A DNA stretch of 48,895 nucleotides from positions 1-48,895 of the forward strand of contig DTRK01000283.1 in NCBI GenBank assembly GCA_012965955.1, written 5' to 3'. This DNA comes from Flavobacteriales bacterium (GTDB lineage: Bacteria > Bacteroidota > Bacteroidia > NORP154). Under the pieces are notes generated by a model. The model was not told where the DNA came from and did not search any database. It was given only the letters and a program-made list of their open reading frames with translations. A program made the position numbers and the translations under genes. Shown here in pieces: positions 1-10,195 of the stretch (position 1 is its first letter; every line of letters starts with the position of its first letter).

Positions 1-264
1 CGTGAACACATCAACAATTGATTTGAACTTATTTGGGCTTTTAAGTATTTGAGGAGCATAAGCATGTCCCCCTGTTTCATTGATATAATGAAATAGTTTC
101 AGCATATGCGCTCTTTCCTCTTCTGATTGGCGATACATAAATGTGGCCGCTCCATCAAACCCTTTCAATTGGCACCAGGAAGCCATTCCAAGATAGTAGT
201 AAGACGCAAATCCCTCCTGGGCTATTTGTTTGTTGAGCGCAGCTTCAATCTTATTTGATAACAT
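1..264 (-). CDS. Ferritin (non-haem Ftn family), partial: the N-terminal 88 codons are present and the 3' end runs off the window
   Basis: Absent from the ORF track because there is no stop in the window. The reverse complement from the ATG at 264-262 reads MLSNKIEAALNKQIAQEGFASYYYLGMASWCQLKGFDGAATFMYRQSEEERAHMLKLFHYINETGGHAYAPQILKSPNKFKSIVDVFT and stays open to position 1. It is colinear with the ferritin helix A/B region, including the EE..H ferroxidase-type residues. Confidence 0.85.
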   Translation of the reverse strand, partial: MLSNKIEAALNKQIAQEGFASYYYLGMASWCQLKGFDGAATFMYRQSEEERAHMLKLFHYINETGGHAYAPQILKSPNKFKSIVDVFT

Positions 265-368
265 ATGCTAAATATTTAATGAATGATGTGCTTATTGTCT
301 AACAATGATATTAATTTTATTTCGATTTTCGCACCCTTAAAGTTGATTTGCACAGATAGGATTAGCCA

Positions 369-983
369 ATGTTGACCAAAATTGTAATTCCTTGTTTTAC
401 TCCTTACGTCCCTGCGCACAGTGTTGGAGCTTTAGGCAAATGGTTAAGTGTGCCGGGTACCCAACTCCGAATCACAAAACACCGATCCTCTAAACTTGGT
501 GATTACAGGCCTTTAAATGGGGGTAAGCAACATCTTATCTCGGTCAACGGCAACCTTAATAAGTACGCCTTCTTAATTACTCTTGTGCATGAGATTGCGC
601 ATATGAACAATTACATTGCTTATCGGGGTAAGGTAAGGCCTCATGGGCAGGAATGGAAGGATGAATTCAAGCGCTTAATGGCAGAATTTGATCTGACCTC
701 CATATTCCCAGATATATTGCTTCCTAAGATTGAATCCTACATGGCTAACCCCAAAGCATCGAGCAGCTCAGATATATCCCTGTCGCTTGCATTGAGGGAA
801 TTCGACGCAAAAAAGGAAAACCATGTAGTGCTATCCCAGATTGAAGAGGGCGCAATTTTCAATACGAGGAACGGTAGGGCTTTCGTTAGAGGGGCCAGGC
901 AAAAAAAGCGCATTAAGTGCAAAGAGATGAAAACCGGACGCTTGTATTTGTTCAGTCCAATTGCCGAGGTTATACCGGCTTAA
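369..983 (+). CDS. SprT-like zinc metalloprotease domain protein
   Basis: 204-aa ORF with an HExxH motif (LVHEIAHMNNY) followed by HGQEW. Size and layout are typical of SprT-family proteins. Confidence 0.65.
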   Translation: MLTKIVIPCFTPYVPAHSVGALGKWLSVPGTQLRITKHRSSKLGDYRPLNGGKQHLISVNGNLNKYAFLITLVHEIAHMNNYIAYRGKVRPHGQEWKDEFKRLMAEFDLTSIFPDILLPKIESYMANPKASSSSDISLSLALREFDAKKENHVVLSQIEEGAIFNTRNGRAFVRGARQKKRIKCKEMKTGRLYLFSPIAEVIPA

Positions 984-1047
984 CTTTCCGGTATTTACCT
1001 CTTCACAGCAGGCCAGCCACCTGAGGCAAAAAAGACGATTATTTTTA

Positions 1048-1055
1048 TATCTTTG
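1048..1055 (+). promoter_or_regulatory. Putative Bacteroidota -7 promoter box (TATCTTTG, consensus TAnnTTTG)
   Basis: Exact match to TAnnTTTG, 54 nt upstream of the aminotransferase ATG in a 126-nt intergenic region. Confidence 0.3.
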
Positions 1056-1108
1056 CCCAGATATAATCGCTGATTTTAAACGCTTCTTAAAATCCCACAA
1101 ATAACCCA

Positions 1109-2398
1109 ATGGCCAACGAAACCGTCAGTGTAGATAAAGAGCTCATGCTCTCAGATATGGCAGAGAATCTGGTGCCCTCGGAAATTATCAAGTTGGCAAA
1201 TGAGGTAAATGAAAAAAGCAAGAACGGAGAGCATATCTTCAATCTTACAATAGGTGATTTTGACCCTTCCCTCTTTCCGATTCCGGAGGTGCTCAAAGAT
1301 GAAATTATCAAGGCCTACGAAGCTGGGCAGACCAATTATCCCACCTCTAACGGAATGATGGAGTTAAGGAGGGCGGTTTCCGGCTATCTGTTCAAGCACG
1401 GAGGCATCGAGTACAACGAAAATCAAATATTGATAGCTGGAGGAGGGCGTCCACTGATTTACGCTGCATATCAGGCAGTAGTTGATCCCGGTGATTCTGT
1501 AATCTTCCCGGTACCTTCATGGAATAACAACCACTACAGCCATATCTCCGGTGCAAAGCAGATCCCCATTCGTACGGAAGCAGAGAATAACTTCATGCTT
1601 CGCCCGGAAGATTTGAAGTCTCATATTGAAGAAGCCAGTCTGGTCGCTGTTTGTTCGCCACTAAATCCAACTGGAACCGTATTCAGCAAAGAGGGGCTCA
1701 CAGACATTTGCAAAATTATTCTCGAAGAGAACATTAGAAGAGCAGGTGTTAGAAAACCTGTGTATCTGCTCTATGATCAAATCTATTGGCAGCTGACATT
1801 TGGGGAAACAGTGCACTACAATCCAGTTGGGTTAGTGCCTGCGATGAAGGATTACACGGTATTCATAGATGGTATGTCAAAGGCATTTGCCGCTACTGGG
1901 GTAAGAATTGGATGGGGTTTCGGGCCGCAAAAAGTTATGGACAAAATGAAGGCAATCATTAGCCACCTCGGTGCCTGGTCGCCAAGAGCAGAACAGATAG
2001 CAACAGCGGCATTCCTGAATAAGGATGAAGCAGTTGACACTTATCTTCAGGGGTTCAGAAGCCGGGTTGAAGATAGACTTAATGGGTTCTTCAAGGGATT
2101 CAAAACACTAAAATCTCTGGGCTATAATGTCGATGCTATTAGCCCACAAGCCGCGATGTACCTCACAGTAAAGATCGATTTAAGGGGCATGCGTACCAAA
2201 GAAGGAACAGAATTGACCAGTATGGAAGATGTAACACAATATTTATTGAATGAAGCTAAGGTTGCTTTGGTGCCATTTTACGCATTTGGGACCGAACGCA
2301 ATTCACCTTGGTATCGATTGTCAATAGGCACCGCTTCTATTAGCGATATTGACCGGTTCTTTGAAAACTTACAGAGTGCTCTCTCTGAGCTTTCATAA
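1109..2398 (+). CDS. Pyridoxal-phosphate-dependent aminotransferase (class I/II, aspartate-aminotransferase-like)
   Basis: 429-aa ORF. It has the PLP-lysine context MSKAFAATGVRIGWGFGP, SPLNPTG, and YPTSNG near the N-terminus. Confidence 0.8.
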   Translation: MANETVSVDKELMLSDMAENLVPSEIIKLANEVNEKSKNGEHIFNLTIGDFDPSLFPIPEVLKDEIIKAYEAGQTNYPTSNGMMELRRAVSGYLFKHGGIEYNENQILIAGGGRPLIYAAYQAVVDPGDSVIFPVPSWNNNHYSHISGAKQIPIRTEAENNFMLRPEDLKSHIEEASLVAVCSPLNPTGTVFSKEGLTDICKIILEENIRRAGVRKPVYLLYDQIYWQLTFGETVHYNPVGLVPAMKDYTVFIDGMSKAFAATGVRIGWGFGPQKVMDKMKAIISHLGAWSPRAEQIATAAFLNKDEAVDTYLQGFRSRVEDRLNGFFKGFKTLKSLGYNVDAISPQAAMYLTVKIDLRGMRTKEGTELTSMEDVTQYLLNEAKVALVPFYAFGTERNSPWYRLSIGTASISDIDRFFENLQSALSELS

Positions 2399-2422
2399 TC
2401 CAGGTTTCCATAGTATCTATTA

Positions 2423-3490
2423 ATGAAAAACAACTATTGTATAATTATGGCTGGAGGGATAGGCAGCCGCTTTTGGCCTATGAGCACCTCCGAGAAGCCA
2501 AAGCAGTTTCTCGACATTCTAGGTGTGGGGAGAACCTTGATTCAGCATACGTACGATCGCTTTGCCAATATCTGCCCAAAGGAGAATGTCTATGTTGTAA
2601 CCAATGAAGCCTACAAGGACCTCATCATCGAACAACTACAAATTAATCCTGAGCAAGTCATTGCTGAGCCATTGAGGCGCAATACGGCACCCTGCATTGC
2701 TTATGCGAGTTTTAAGATTGCGCAGATCAATCCGGAGGCTAATTTGATAGTTGCCCCATCCGACCATTTAATTCTTGACCAACCTGGTTATGAGAATGTT
2801 ATAGAACTTGCGCTTAACCAGGCAATGAAGGAAGACTGTCTTATCACATTGGGCATCAAGCCCAGCAGGCCTGACACGGGATATGGATATATTCAATTTA
2901 CTGATGCCAACAAGGATGAAAATGGCCGGATCAAAAAAGTAAAAACATTTACTGAAAAGCCCGACTTAGAGCTGGCCAAAGAGTTTTTGGCAAGTGGCGA
3001 TTTTTATTGGAATGGAGGCATATTTGTGTGGACTGCCAGGAGTATTATGAACGCACTTGAGGGTTTGCTGCCTGAAGTTTATAATCTCTTTAAGAAAGGC
3101 GAAGGAAAATACAACACGGCCGAAGAATTGGATTTCATCGCTGACACCTACGAGCGTTGCAAGAACATCTCCATTGACTATGGAGTTATGGAAAAGGCGG
3201 AGAACGTATATGTTGTACTATCAGATTTTGGCTGGTCAGACCTGGGAACATGGGGTTCTCTCTACGATAGCCTTCCCAAGCAAGAAGATGGAAATGCTGT
3301 GATCGGGAAAAAGGTTTTTATGTATGAATCCAAAAACTGTATCGTGAATATGCCAGAGGATAAGCTGGTCATATTACAAGGGCTTGACGACTATATCGTT
3401 GTCGAGTCTAACGATACGCTGTTGGTATGTAAAAAGTCCGACGAGCAGAAGATCCGGGAAATGGTCAACGATGTTAACGGTAACGTCTAA
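2423..3490 (+). CDS. Mannose-1-phosphate guanylyltransferase (nucleotidyltransferase domain only)
   Basis: 355-aa ORF with the N-terminal GGIGSRFWPMS nucleotide-binding loop and the YGYI and DFGWSDLGTW motifs typical of ManC-type enzymes. Confidence 0.8.
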   Translation: MKNNYCIIMAGGIGSRFWPMSTSEKPKQFLDILGVGRTLIQHTYDRFANICPKENVYVVTNEAYKDLIIEQLQINPEQVIAEPLRRNTAPCIAYASFKIAQINPEANLIVAPSDHLILDQPGYENVIELALNQAMKEDCLITLGIKPSRPDTGYGYIQFTDANKDENGRIKKVKTFTEKPDLELAKEFLASGDFYWNGGIFVWTARSIMNALEGLLPEVYNLFKKGEGKYNTAEELDFIADTYERCKNISIDYGVMEKAENVYVVLSDFGWSDLGTWGSLYDSLPKQEDGNAVIGKKVFMYESKNCIVNMPEDKLVILQGLDDYIVVESNDTLLVCKKSDEQKIREMVNDVNGNV

Positions 3491-3503
3491 AGTGCATGGC
3501 ATG

Positions 3504-4889
3504 CTAGCCGATCATTTTCTTAGGGTCCACCCATTTATCAAACTCTTCTTCCGTCAGATAGCCGAGACCCAGAGCTTCCTCTTTTAGTGTAGTCCCATTC
3601 TTATAGGCTAGTTTTGCAATCTCTGCCGCTTTTTCGTACCCGATATGCGTGTTTAAGGCAGTAACCAGCATCAGTGAGTTTTGTAAGTTCTCCTTGATCG
3701 CCTCGTGGTTGGGCTCAATTCCCTTTGCGCAATTGTCGTTAAAAGAAACGCATACATCTCCTATCAACCTCGCTGACATCAGTATATTGAAGATCATCAC
3801 CGGTTTAAATACATTGAGCTCAAAATGGCCGCTCATTCCTCCTATAGTTACCGCAGCATCATTGCCTACCACCTGGGCACATACCATGGTCATTGCCTCG
3901 CATTGCGTTGGATTTACCTTGCCCGGCATAATAGAAGAACCTGGCTCATTAGCTGGAATAATCAACTCCCCAACTCCACATCGGGGACCAGACGCCAGAA
4001 GGCGTACATCATTTGCGATTTTCATCATGCTCACTGCCAATTGCTTTAAGGCCCCAGAGGATTCCACAATCGCATCATGGGCGGCCAGTGCTTCAAACTT
4101 GTTACCGGCCGAAGTGAACGGCAAGCCTGTTAGATCAGCAATGTGTCCGGCTACCTTGTCTGCATACCCTTCCGGAGTATTGATGCCAGTTCCTACAGCC
4201 GTACCTCCCAACGCCAATTCTGCCAAATGTGGCAGGGTATTTTCGAGGGCATGTATTCCGTGATCCAGTTGGGAAACATATCCTGAAAACTCCTGGCCCA
4301 GCGTTAGCGGAGTAGCATCCATCAAGTGAGTTCTCCCGATCTTGACAACATCAGCAAAGGCCTTTGCCTTATCATCCAAAGTGTTTCGCAGCTTCTTAAC
4401 CCCTGGGATAGTGGTTTCAATTATCATCTTGTATGCAGCAATGTGCATAGCGGTTGGAAAGGTGTCGTTTGAAGATTGAGACTTGTTAACGTCATCGTTG
4501 GCATGAATGAGTTTCTCTCCTTTTCCCAGTTCATTGCCCTGCAATGCGTGCGCCCTATTGGCAATCACCTCATTGGCATTCATGTTAGACTGCGTCCCTG
4601 AGCCCGTCTGCCATACCACCAACGGAAAGTTGTCGTTCAGCTTCCCTTCCAAAATCTCGTCACAAACCTGGCTGATCAAACTTGCTTTTTGTTTATCTAA
4701 AACCCCAAGCTCTTGATTGGTAATTGCAGCTGCCTTTTTCAACAAGGCAAACCCCCGTATAACTTCTATGGGCATTTGCTGGCCACCTATCTTGAAATTG
4801 TTTCTCGATCTCTCCGTTTGAGCGCCCCAATATTTATCTGCCGGGACCTCTACTTCGCCCATCGTGTCTTTTTCTATTCGATATTCCAT
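3504..4889 (-). CDS. fumC: Fumarate hydratase, class II
   Basis: 461-aa ORF with the class II fumarase/aspartase signature [17 protein letters not shown] and N-terminal [20 protein letters not shown]. Confidence 0.95.
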   Translation of the reverse strand: MEYRIEKDTMGEVEVPADKYWGAQTERSRNNFKIGGQQMPIEVIRGFALLKKAAAITNQELGVLDKQKASLISQVCDEILEGKLNDNFPLVVWQTGSGTQSNMNANEVIANRAHALQGNELGKGEKLIHANDDVNKSQSSNDTFPTAMHIAAYKMIIETTIPGVKKLRNTLDDKAKAFADVVKIGRTHLMDATPLTLGQEFSGYVSQLDHGIHALENTLPHLAELALGGTAVGTGINTPEGYADKVAGHIADLTGLPFTSAGNKFEALAAHDAIVESSGALKQLAVSMMKIANDVRLLASGPRCGVGELIIPANEPGSSIMPGKVNPTQCEAMTMVCAQVVGNDAAVTIGGMSGHFELNVFKPVMIFNILMSARLIGDVCVSFNDNCAKGIEPNHEAIKENLQNSLMLVTALNTHIGYEKAAEIAKLAYKNGTTLKEEALGLGYLTEEEFDKWVDPKKMIG

Positions 4890-4923
4890 TGAAGAATAAT
4901 TATGCCGTCCCAGGGTGCTTGCA

Positions 4924-5262
4924 TTATAATAATCTGTTTACATTTTCAGGAGGCCTGCCAATAATAGCCTTATTTCCCTTCACCACAATGGGTCGCTCGA
5001 TAAGGACCGGGTTTTCGACCATTGCATTGATCCAGGCTTGATCCGAAAGCTTCTTGTCTTTGTACTCCTCCTTGAATAGTTTTTCACTTTTACGCAATAC
5101 CTGTTCTGGCTTTAAGTTCAATTTGGACAGTATTACGGAAAGATCGTTTGCAGATGGAGTGTCCTTTAGATACTCAATTATTTTCACGTTAGCACCGCTA
5201 TCAGTGATGATCGCAAGAGTCTCTCTGCTCTTCCTGCACCTCGGGTTATGGTAGATCTTCAT
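4924..5262 (-). CDS. arsC: ArsC/Spx-family reductase (glutaredoxin-type arsenate reductase-like)
   Basis: 112-aa ORF with the N-terminal [14 protein letters not shown] redox-cysteine motif and C-terminal LIERPIV. Confidence 0.7.
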   Translation of the reverse strand: MKIYHNPRCRKSRETLAIITDSGANVKIIEYLKDTPSANDLSVILSKLNLKPEQVLRKSEKLFKEEYKDKKLSDQAWINAMVENPVLIERPIVVKGNKAIIGRPPENVNRLL

Positions 5263-5310
5263 TATCTCTGCTTGCTTCCATGTTGGTTTAATGGTATAAA
5301 AGTAGGCAAT

Positions 5311-6406
5311 TTAATCGCTTACCCTTCCAAATTCCATCAGGTATGCTTTAATAAAGTCATCAATCTCGCCATCCATTACGGCCTGAATATCAGAGGTCTC
5401 AACATTGGTTCGAATATCCTTTACCAACTGATATGGTTGCATCACATAATTTCTAATCTGGGACCCCCACTCTATCTTTTTCTTGTCACCCTCTATCTTG
5501 TCTCTCTTCGCTTGCTGTTCCCTCATCTCCAATTCGTATAACTGAGATTTTAACAAGCGCATGGCCTTGGCCTTGTTGTCAATTTGAGATCTCGATTCTG
5601 AATTTTCAATAATAATTCCCGATGGCCCGTGTTTAAGTCGTACGGCTGTTTCTATTTTATTTACACCCTGTCCACCTGCCCCACCAGATCGATATGTGTC
5701 CCAGGAAATATCTGCTGGATTGATCTCAATCTCAATGCTATCGTCAACGAGGGGATACACAAATACAGAAGCGAAAGAGGTGTGTCTCTTTTTGTTTGAG
5801 TCAAATGGCGATATACGTACAAGTCTGTGAACGCCATTTTCCCCTTTCAGATACCCAAAGGCAAAGTCTCCGTCAATTTCCAAAGTGACCGACTTTATGC
5901 CGGCTCCATCTCCAGGCTGGTGATCCAGGGTAGTTATCTTGAAGCCTCTCTTCTCTCCCCACATTGCGTACATGCGCAATAGCATATCCGCCCAATCCTG
6001 GCTCTCTGTACCTCCAGCGCCTGAGTTAATCTGTAATACAGCATTCATGTTGTCCTCTTCACCCGACAACATATTTTTGAACTCCAGATTTTCAATGAGC
6101 TTTAGTGCTTGCGCATATTGATCTTCAACTTCCTGATCCGATGCCTCACCTTCAGCACTAAAATCAACGAGTACAGAAAGGTCATCATACGCTGAGGTGG
6201 ACTCCTGATATGCAGTGGTCCAGACTTTCTTCTTGCTTATCATTTTTAGAAAGGCCTCTGCCTTCTTGGGATCATCCCAAAAGTTCTGCGCTTCTGTGAG
6301 TTTTTCATCCTCACTAATCGCTTTAAGTTTACTCTCAATGTCAAAGATGCCTCCTCAGCGCGTCCAGGCGCTCCTTCAGATCATTGAGTTGGGCAGTAGA
6401 GATCAT
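5311..6406 (-). CDS. prfB: Peptide chain release factor 2, requiring a programmed +1 ribosomal frameshift at 6346-6340
   Basis: The long ORF 5311..6243 carries the SPF and GGQ motifs. A short upstream ORF from the ATG at 6406 (MISTAQLNDLKERLDALRRHL) ends at the TGA at 6343-6341. A +1 shift at CTT TGA C continues as DIESKLKAISEDEKLTEAQNFWDDPKKAEAFLKM... in the frame of the long ORF. The joined product is 364 aa. Confidence 0.95.
6340..6355 (-). promoter_or_regulatory. RF2 autoregulatory +1 frameshift site: SD-like AGGAGG, 3-nt spacer, CTT TGA C
   Basis: The minus strand reads AGG AGG CAT CTT TGA C. Spacing and slippery/stop context are the same as the classical AGGGGG-TAT-CTT-TGA-C site. Confidence 0.9.
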
Positions 6407-6422
6407 TGAAGGTCCTATAAAA

Positions 6423-8342
6423 TTAATAAAGTATTATCCTGGTGGCTGCACTGTGCGCCTTCCCACCAATTCGAATAAAATACATGCCCGGCCCCAGGGC
6501 CGAAATATCATAGCGTATTGATGGGCCGGTGATCGCCCTCTTAGAGACCAAAGACCCCACGCTATTGTATAATTCAATCTGTTCATATTTCGCAAAATCC
6601 GCAATCCGCAATTCAAACCGGCCATCATTAGGAGAGGGAACAACACTGATATCCCTGCCCCCAACCTCCTCAGAGACACCCACCCCACATGGATCCTGAT
6701 ACCCTATAGCCGCAATGGTAAAGGTGTAGGTCTGTTCTAATGTGTCTGGGCCTTCCGGATAGAAAATAGGAGATAAGACGTCTCCTTGATCGCCGTAAAT
6801 ATTGTAGTTGGTCACGTCGCAAACGTAGGTTCCAATGGAGCTTGCACTTGCACCGTTAATGGTATAAGTATTCGCGTTTGCTCCAGGAATATCAATGCCG
6901 TCCAGTGTCCATTGATAAAGTAACGGGTCACTACTTCCCACGCTTAAAGTGAGGGTGTCACCAGCACACAAAGCCGTATCAACAAGAGGTCCTGGTTGAA
7001 TACCCGGATAGACAAAGCGCCCCAACACGGTACGGTGGTCTGAGAAATCAAAAATGCCCCACATCACGCTATCAACACTTCTAAAGGTAATCACCTTATT
7101 ATACGACTCTATCGGGTGCAAATGATCTGCCTGGCCCCAAACATGGTCGATAATTCTTCCTGTGTCAGCATATGAAAATGTAGATTCAAAATACCCGGTA
7201 TGTAGGGGAATAATGGGATTTGTATTGCTTCTAAGGGAATCGTACTCGAGACCGTCCTTTGGACCAGTATTTAAATCCCCTGTAAAAATTACAGCCTCGT
7301 CTGCCGGAATTGACAGAGTATCCATAAAATTTGCGATCTCTCCATACTGTTCTATCCTGTATTGCACATCCGCTGCTGAACCTCCTGCCTCCATATGCGT
7401 TCCGAATATGTGATACAGTTTCCCCAGTTTGTTTACCCGTGCATATTTCACCCCTTTGCTTGCCAAACAATCGAAGGCGCCGTTGTTGGAGCAGTTTGCG
7501 TATTTGATTTCCTCCTCTGTTTCTATTGGCCATCTACTGTAAATAAGCACTCCTCCATTGGTTGGTGAGGTGATATACGATAATGCCGTATCGTTCAGCA
7601 CCGCTGTGTAATGAGGAAACCCAACCGCCAACATGCCCGGCGTCAAATCATTGATTCTGGTCATGTCTTCAAAAACTTCTTCAAGCACGACAACATCCTG
7701 ATAGGGAGAAATCAATTCAGGAAAATAAGTGGCCCTTTCAAAGAAATTGAATGAAACTATAGGAGTCATCTGTATGTTATAGGTCATGACATTGATGACA
7801 TTTGGGTTGTTCAAATCAGTGGAGTCTATGCTATAGATGAAGTCTTCCTGTATAGCGAAAAGCACATCGTCATCATTGTCCACTATATCCGGTATCCTTT
7901 TAAACTTGAAGGTAAAGGGATCCCCTTGCACCGTGAATGTTGCACCGTGAAAATTGAGGTCATCGAACCAGGCTAGATCAAAACCGTTACCTGCTCCCGA
8001 GTGAAAAACTTCATAGCCGGCATTTCCCATGGTAACCCGCATCTGAATGATAATCGTGTCACTTGAATTTGTTAGAATGCCATCAAAATCAACTGTATCA
8101 CCAGAGCTCATGATCGTATCAGGTTCAAACTCCAACATCGCCATTTCATTAGCGTAAGCGGTAAGCAAGGTACTCATTACTGTGTATTGGCTGGTGTTCA
8201 GAGTAATATTGCCAGATTGAACCACCTGAAAACCATAGTCCAGTGCCGTGTTATTTTGCATAGTTATTAAGTGCTGTCCAATCACATTCGTTGAACACAT
8301 TAAAGCAATCGACACAAGTATTATTATCGGCCTGGTTATCAT
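6423..8342 (-). CDS. Secreted endonuclease/exonuclease/phosphatase (EEP) enzyme resembling sphingomyelinase C, with an Ig-like domain and a type A T9SS C-terminal sorting domain
   Basis: 639-aa ORF with a signal peptide (MITRPIIILVSIALMCSTNVIGQ). EEP catalytic motifs occur in order: VMTYNIQM, VVVLEEVF, IFGTHMEAG, FTGDLNTG, FSDHRTV. Then come an Ig-like module (CAGDTLTLSV...YVCDVTN) and a C-terminal tail VVPSPNDGRFELRI...LYNSVGSLV...GMYFIRI. Confidence 0.8.
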   Translation of the reverse strand: MITRPIIILVSIALMCSTNVIGQHLITMQNNTALDYGFQVVQSGNITLNTSQYTVMSTLLTAYANEMAMLEFEPDTIMSSGDTVDFDGILTNSSDTIIIQMRVTMGNAGYEVFHSGAGNGFDLAWFDDLNFHGATFTVQGDPFTFKFKRIPDIVDNDDDVLFAIQEDFIYSIDSTDLNNPNVINVMTYNIQMTPIVSFNFFERATYFPELISPYQDVVVLEEVFEDMTRINDLTPGMLAVGFPHYTAVLNDTALSYITSPTNGGVLIYSRWPIETEEEIKYANCSNNGAFDCLASKGVKYARVNKLGKLYHIFGTHMEAGGSAADVQYRIEQYGEIANFMDTLSIPADEAVIFTGDLNTGPKDGLEYDSLRSNTNPIIPLHTGYFESTFSYADTGRIIDHVWGQADHLHPIESYNKVITFRSVDSVMWGIFDFSDHRTVLGRFVYPGIQPGPLVDTALCAGDTLTLSVGSSDPLLYQWTLDGIDIPGANANTYTINGASASSIGTYVCDVTNYNIYGDQGDVLSPIFYPEGPDTLEQTYTFTIAAIGYQDPCGVGVSEEVGGRDISVVPSPNDGRFELRIADFAKYEQIELYNSVGSLVSKRAITGPSIRYDISALGPGMYFIRIGGKAHSAATRIILY

Positions 8343-8371
8343 GTTAATTGAGAAGGGATAAAGTTAATGAA

Positions 8372-8848
8372 TCATCGGGAAGGCTTATCTACTTTTTTAA
8401 CAAGCTGCCACACAAGATCTGGTTCGTATCCTTTTTGAATACAGTAGTTGCCGGTTTTCTGATCAATAACCGCTTGCTTACCCGGTGCAAGAGTCTTGCG
8501 CTTTTTGGCAATAAGGAACTCCAGGGTGCTGAGGTAATCAGTATTACTGATCTCTTTAAGGCCCTGTTCGATACAATATTCGGTCAGGCCACGTTTCCTG
8601 AGTTCAAGAATAATCCTGTTCCGACCCCAACGTTTTTGCCTAAACTTGCCACTTGCATAGAGTTGCGCGAAGCGCTCTTCATTTACGAACCCCAAGCCTA
8701 TCAGCTCGGCTAGAACCTCCTCTGATTGATCAGAAGAAGCACCTAAATCCAGCAGTTTCTTTCTGACCTCCTGATGGCAGCGATCTCTATACGCACAAAA
8801 GCGCGACGCCTTGGTTAACAGTAGCTTATTATCTGGTAAATTCCCCAT
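8372..8848 (-). CDS. recX: Recombination regulator RecX
   Basis: 158-aa ORF. FCAYRDRCHQEVRKKL, GFVNEERFAQLY and RWGRNRIILELRKRGL match the RecX three-repeat helical pattern. Confidence 0.85.
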   Translation of the reverse strand: MGNLPDNKLLLTKASRFCAYRDRCHQEVRKKLLDLGASSDQSEEVLAELIGLGFVNEERFAQLYASGKFRQKRWGRNRIILELRKRGLTEYCIEQGLKEISNTDYLSTLEFLIAKKRKTLAPGKQAVIDQKTGNYCIQKGYEPDLVWQLVKKVDKPSR

Positions 8849-8923
8849 TTGTCGAATTAGTGGTAGCTTGAGAGCAAATCTGACTAGTTTTAGATTTCTC
8901 TAGATTTTTCAGGTTCCTAAATT

Positions 8924-10195
8924 ATGAAAAACAAGGGTGCCTTTATCTTGCTCTTTTTAGCAAATTCCATTTCTGGAGTCGCGCAAGGGATCTGCATGAT
9001 CGCGATTCCCTGGCACATCACGTCTACTCTAAATATGCCTACATTGTTTGGAACGCTTTACGCCTCCCTCACTTTTATGGCGCTGTTCTGGGGATTATTA
9101 GTGGGGACGCTGATTGATAAATACAATCGAAAAACGATCTTTCTCTCCATTTGTGCGGTTGGTGGAGCAGTGTTACTGTCCACTGCTCTCTTAGGATTTT
9201 ATAAGGACGGACTGCATTACGGATATGCAGCCTTAGTGTTTGGATTGACATACTTTATATACTCTGTACACTACCCCGCCCTCTATGCATTTGCCCAGGA
9301 GATCTCTGAACCTAAAAACTATAGGCGTATCACCTCCTATATTGAGATACAGGGGCAGTTTACCAACATGCTAGGAGGAGCTTGCGCTGCCCTTCTCCTG
9401 ACAGGCATCAGTTCTGGCCCTAAAGAAGTCATGGGATATCTATTTGAATTGCCATTCTCGATTGAAAAATGGGATCTCCATCAGATCTTCTTGCTCGATG
9501 GCATCACCTATGTCATTGCATTTTTATTGATCTCGTTCATGAAATACGAGAGTATCGCTGACCCTGAACGGGACACAGGAACAATCCTGGAGCGTATTAT
9601 GCTCGGATTCAGCTACTTAAGAAACAATAAGGTTGTTTTCATCTTTGGTATTGCCTCGTTCACAGTATTTGTCACGGTATTGATTGTAGGCTTTTATTTG
9701 ACTCCTATTTATGTCACCAAGCACTTGCACGGTGGCGGGGGAGTATACGCCACTGCAGATATGTTCTTCGCCTTTGGGGCCATTCTGGCCGGTGCAGGAA
9801 TTCACTGGGTCTTCCACAGACTTAACTCTGTTCAAACAATTCTCTTTTTATCAACCATGACGGCTGGCATCTACTTCTTCTTTATGTACAATACAAATAT
9901 TCCTATTTTCTATGCTGCAATGCTCCTGTTAGGCATGAGTAATGCAGGCATACGCATTACGCGTGTAACCTATCTCTTCAAACACATTCCAAATGCTGTG
10001 ATCGGAAGAGCAACAAGTATTTTTGGAATGACCAACGTTTTCTTGAGGGTGTCATTCATCTCATTGTTTACCATTCCGTTTTTTGTGGAAGGCAACAATA
10101 TCATCTACCCATTCCTAATATTGGGAGTGTTGATTCTAATCTTTAACGTGCCTTTAATAATTTACTACAAAGCCATCGAGAAAGACAACCATTAG
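8924..10195 (+). CDS. MFS transporter
   Basis: 423-aa, highly hydrophobic ORF with roughly 12 predicted helices. A loop after TM2 (GTLIDKYNRKT) resembles the MFS signature. Confidence 0.7.
   Translation: MKNKGAFILLFLANSISGVAQGICMIAIPWHITSTLNMPTLFGTLYASLTFMALFWGLLVGTLIDKYNRKTIFLSICAVGGAVLLSTALLGFYKDGLHYGYAALVFGLTYFIYSVHYPALYAFAQEISEPKNYRRITSYIEIQGQFTNMLGGACAALLLTGISSGPKEVMGYLFELPFSIEKWDLHQIFLLDGITYVIAFLLISFMKYESIADPERDTGTILERIMLGFSYLRNNKVVFIFGIASFTVFVTVLIVGFYLTPIYVTKHLHGGGGVYATADMFFAFGAILAGAGIHWVFHRLNSVQTILFLSTMTAGIYFFFMYNTNIPIFYAAMLLLGMSNAGIRITRVTYLFKHIPNAVIGRATSIFGMTNVFLRVSFISLFTIPFFVEGNNIIYPFLILGVLILIFNVPLIIYYKAIEKDNH

Noticed and set aside
3649-4716. Plus-strand track ORFs (204, 74 and 69 aa) inside the fumC region
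   Set aside because: They are antisense to an unambiguous class II fumarase gene. They have low-complexity Ser/Pro/Ala-rich translations and no recognisable motifs. These are typical shadow ORFs.
6215-6409. 64-aa plus-strand ORF spanning the prfB 5' region
   Set aside because: It lies antisense to the prfB leader and frameshift site, which fully explain this stretch. It has no family resemblance.
8421-8431. ggttcgtatcc, superficially like a tRNA T-arm (GGTTCGAATCC)
   Set aside because: It lies inside the recX coding frame, and the flanks do not fold into acceptor, D or anticodon arms. I saw no tRNA or rRNA genes anywhere in the window.
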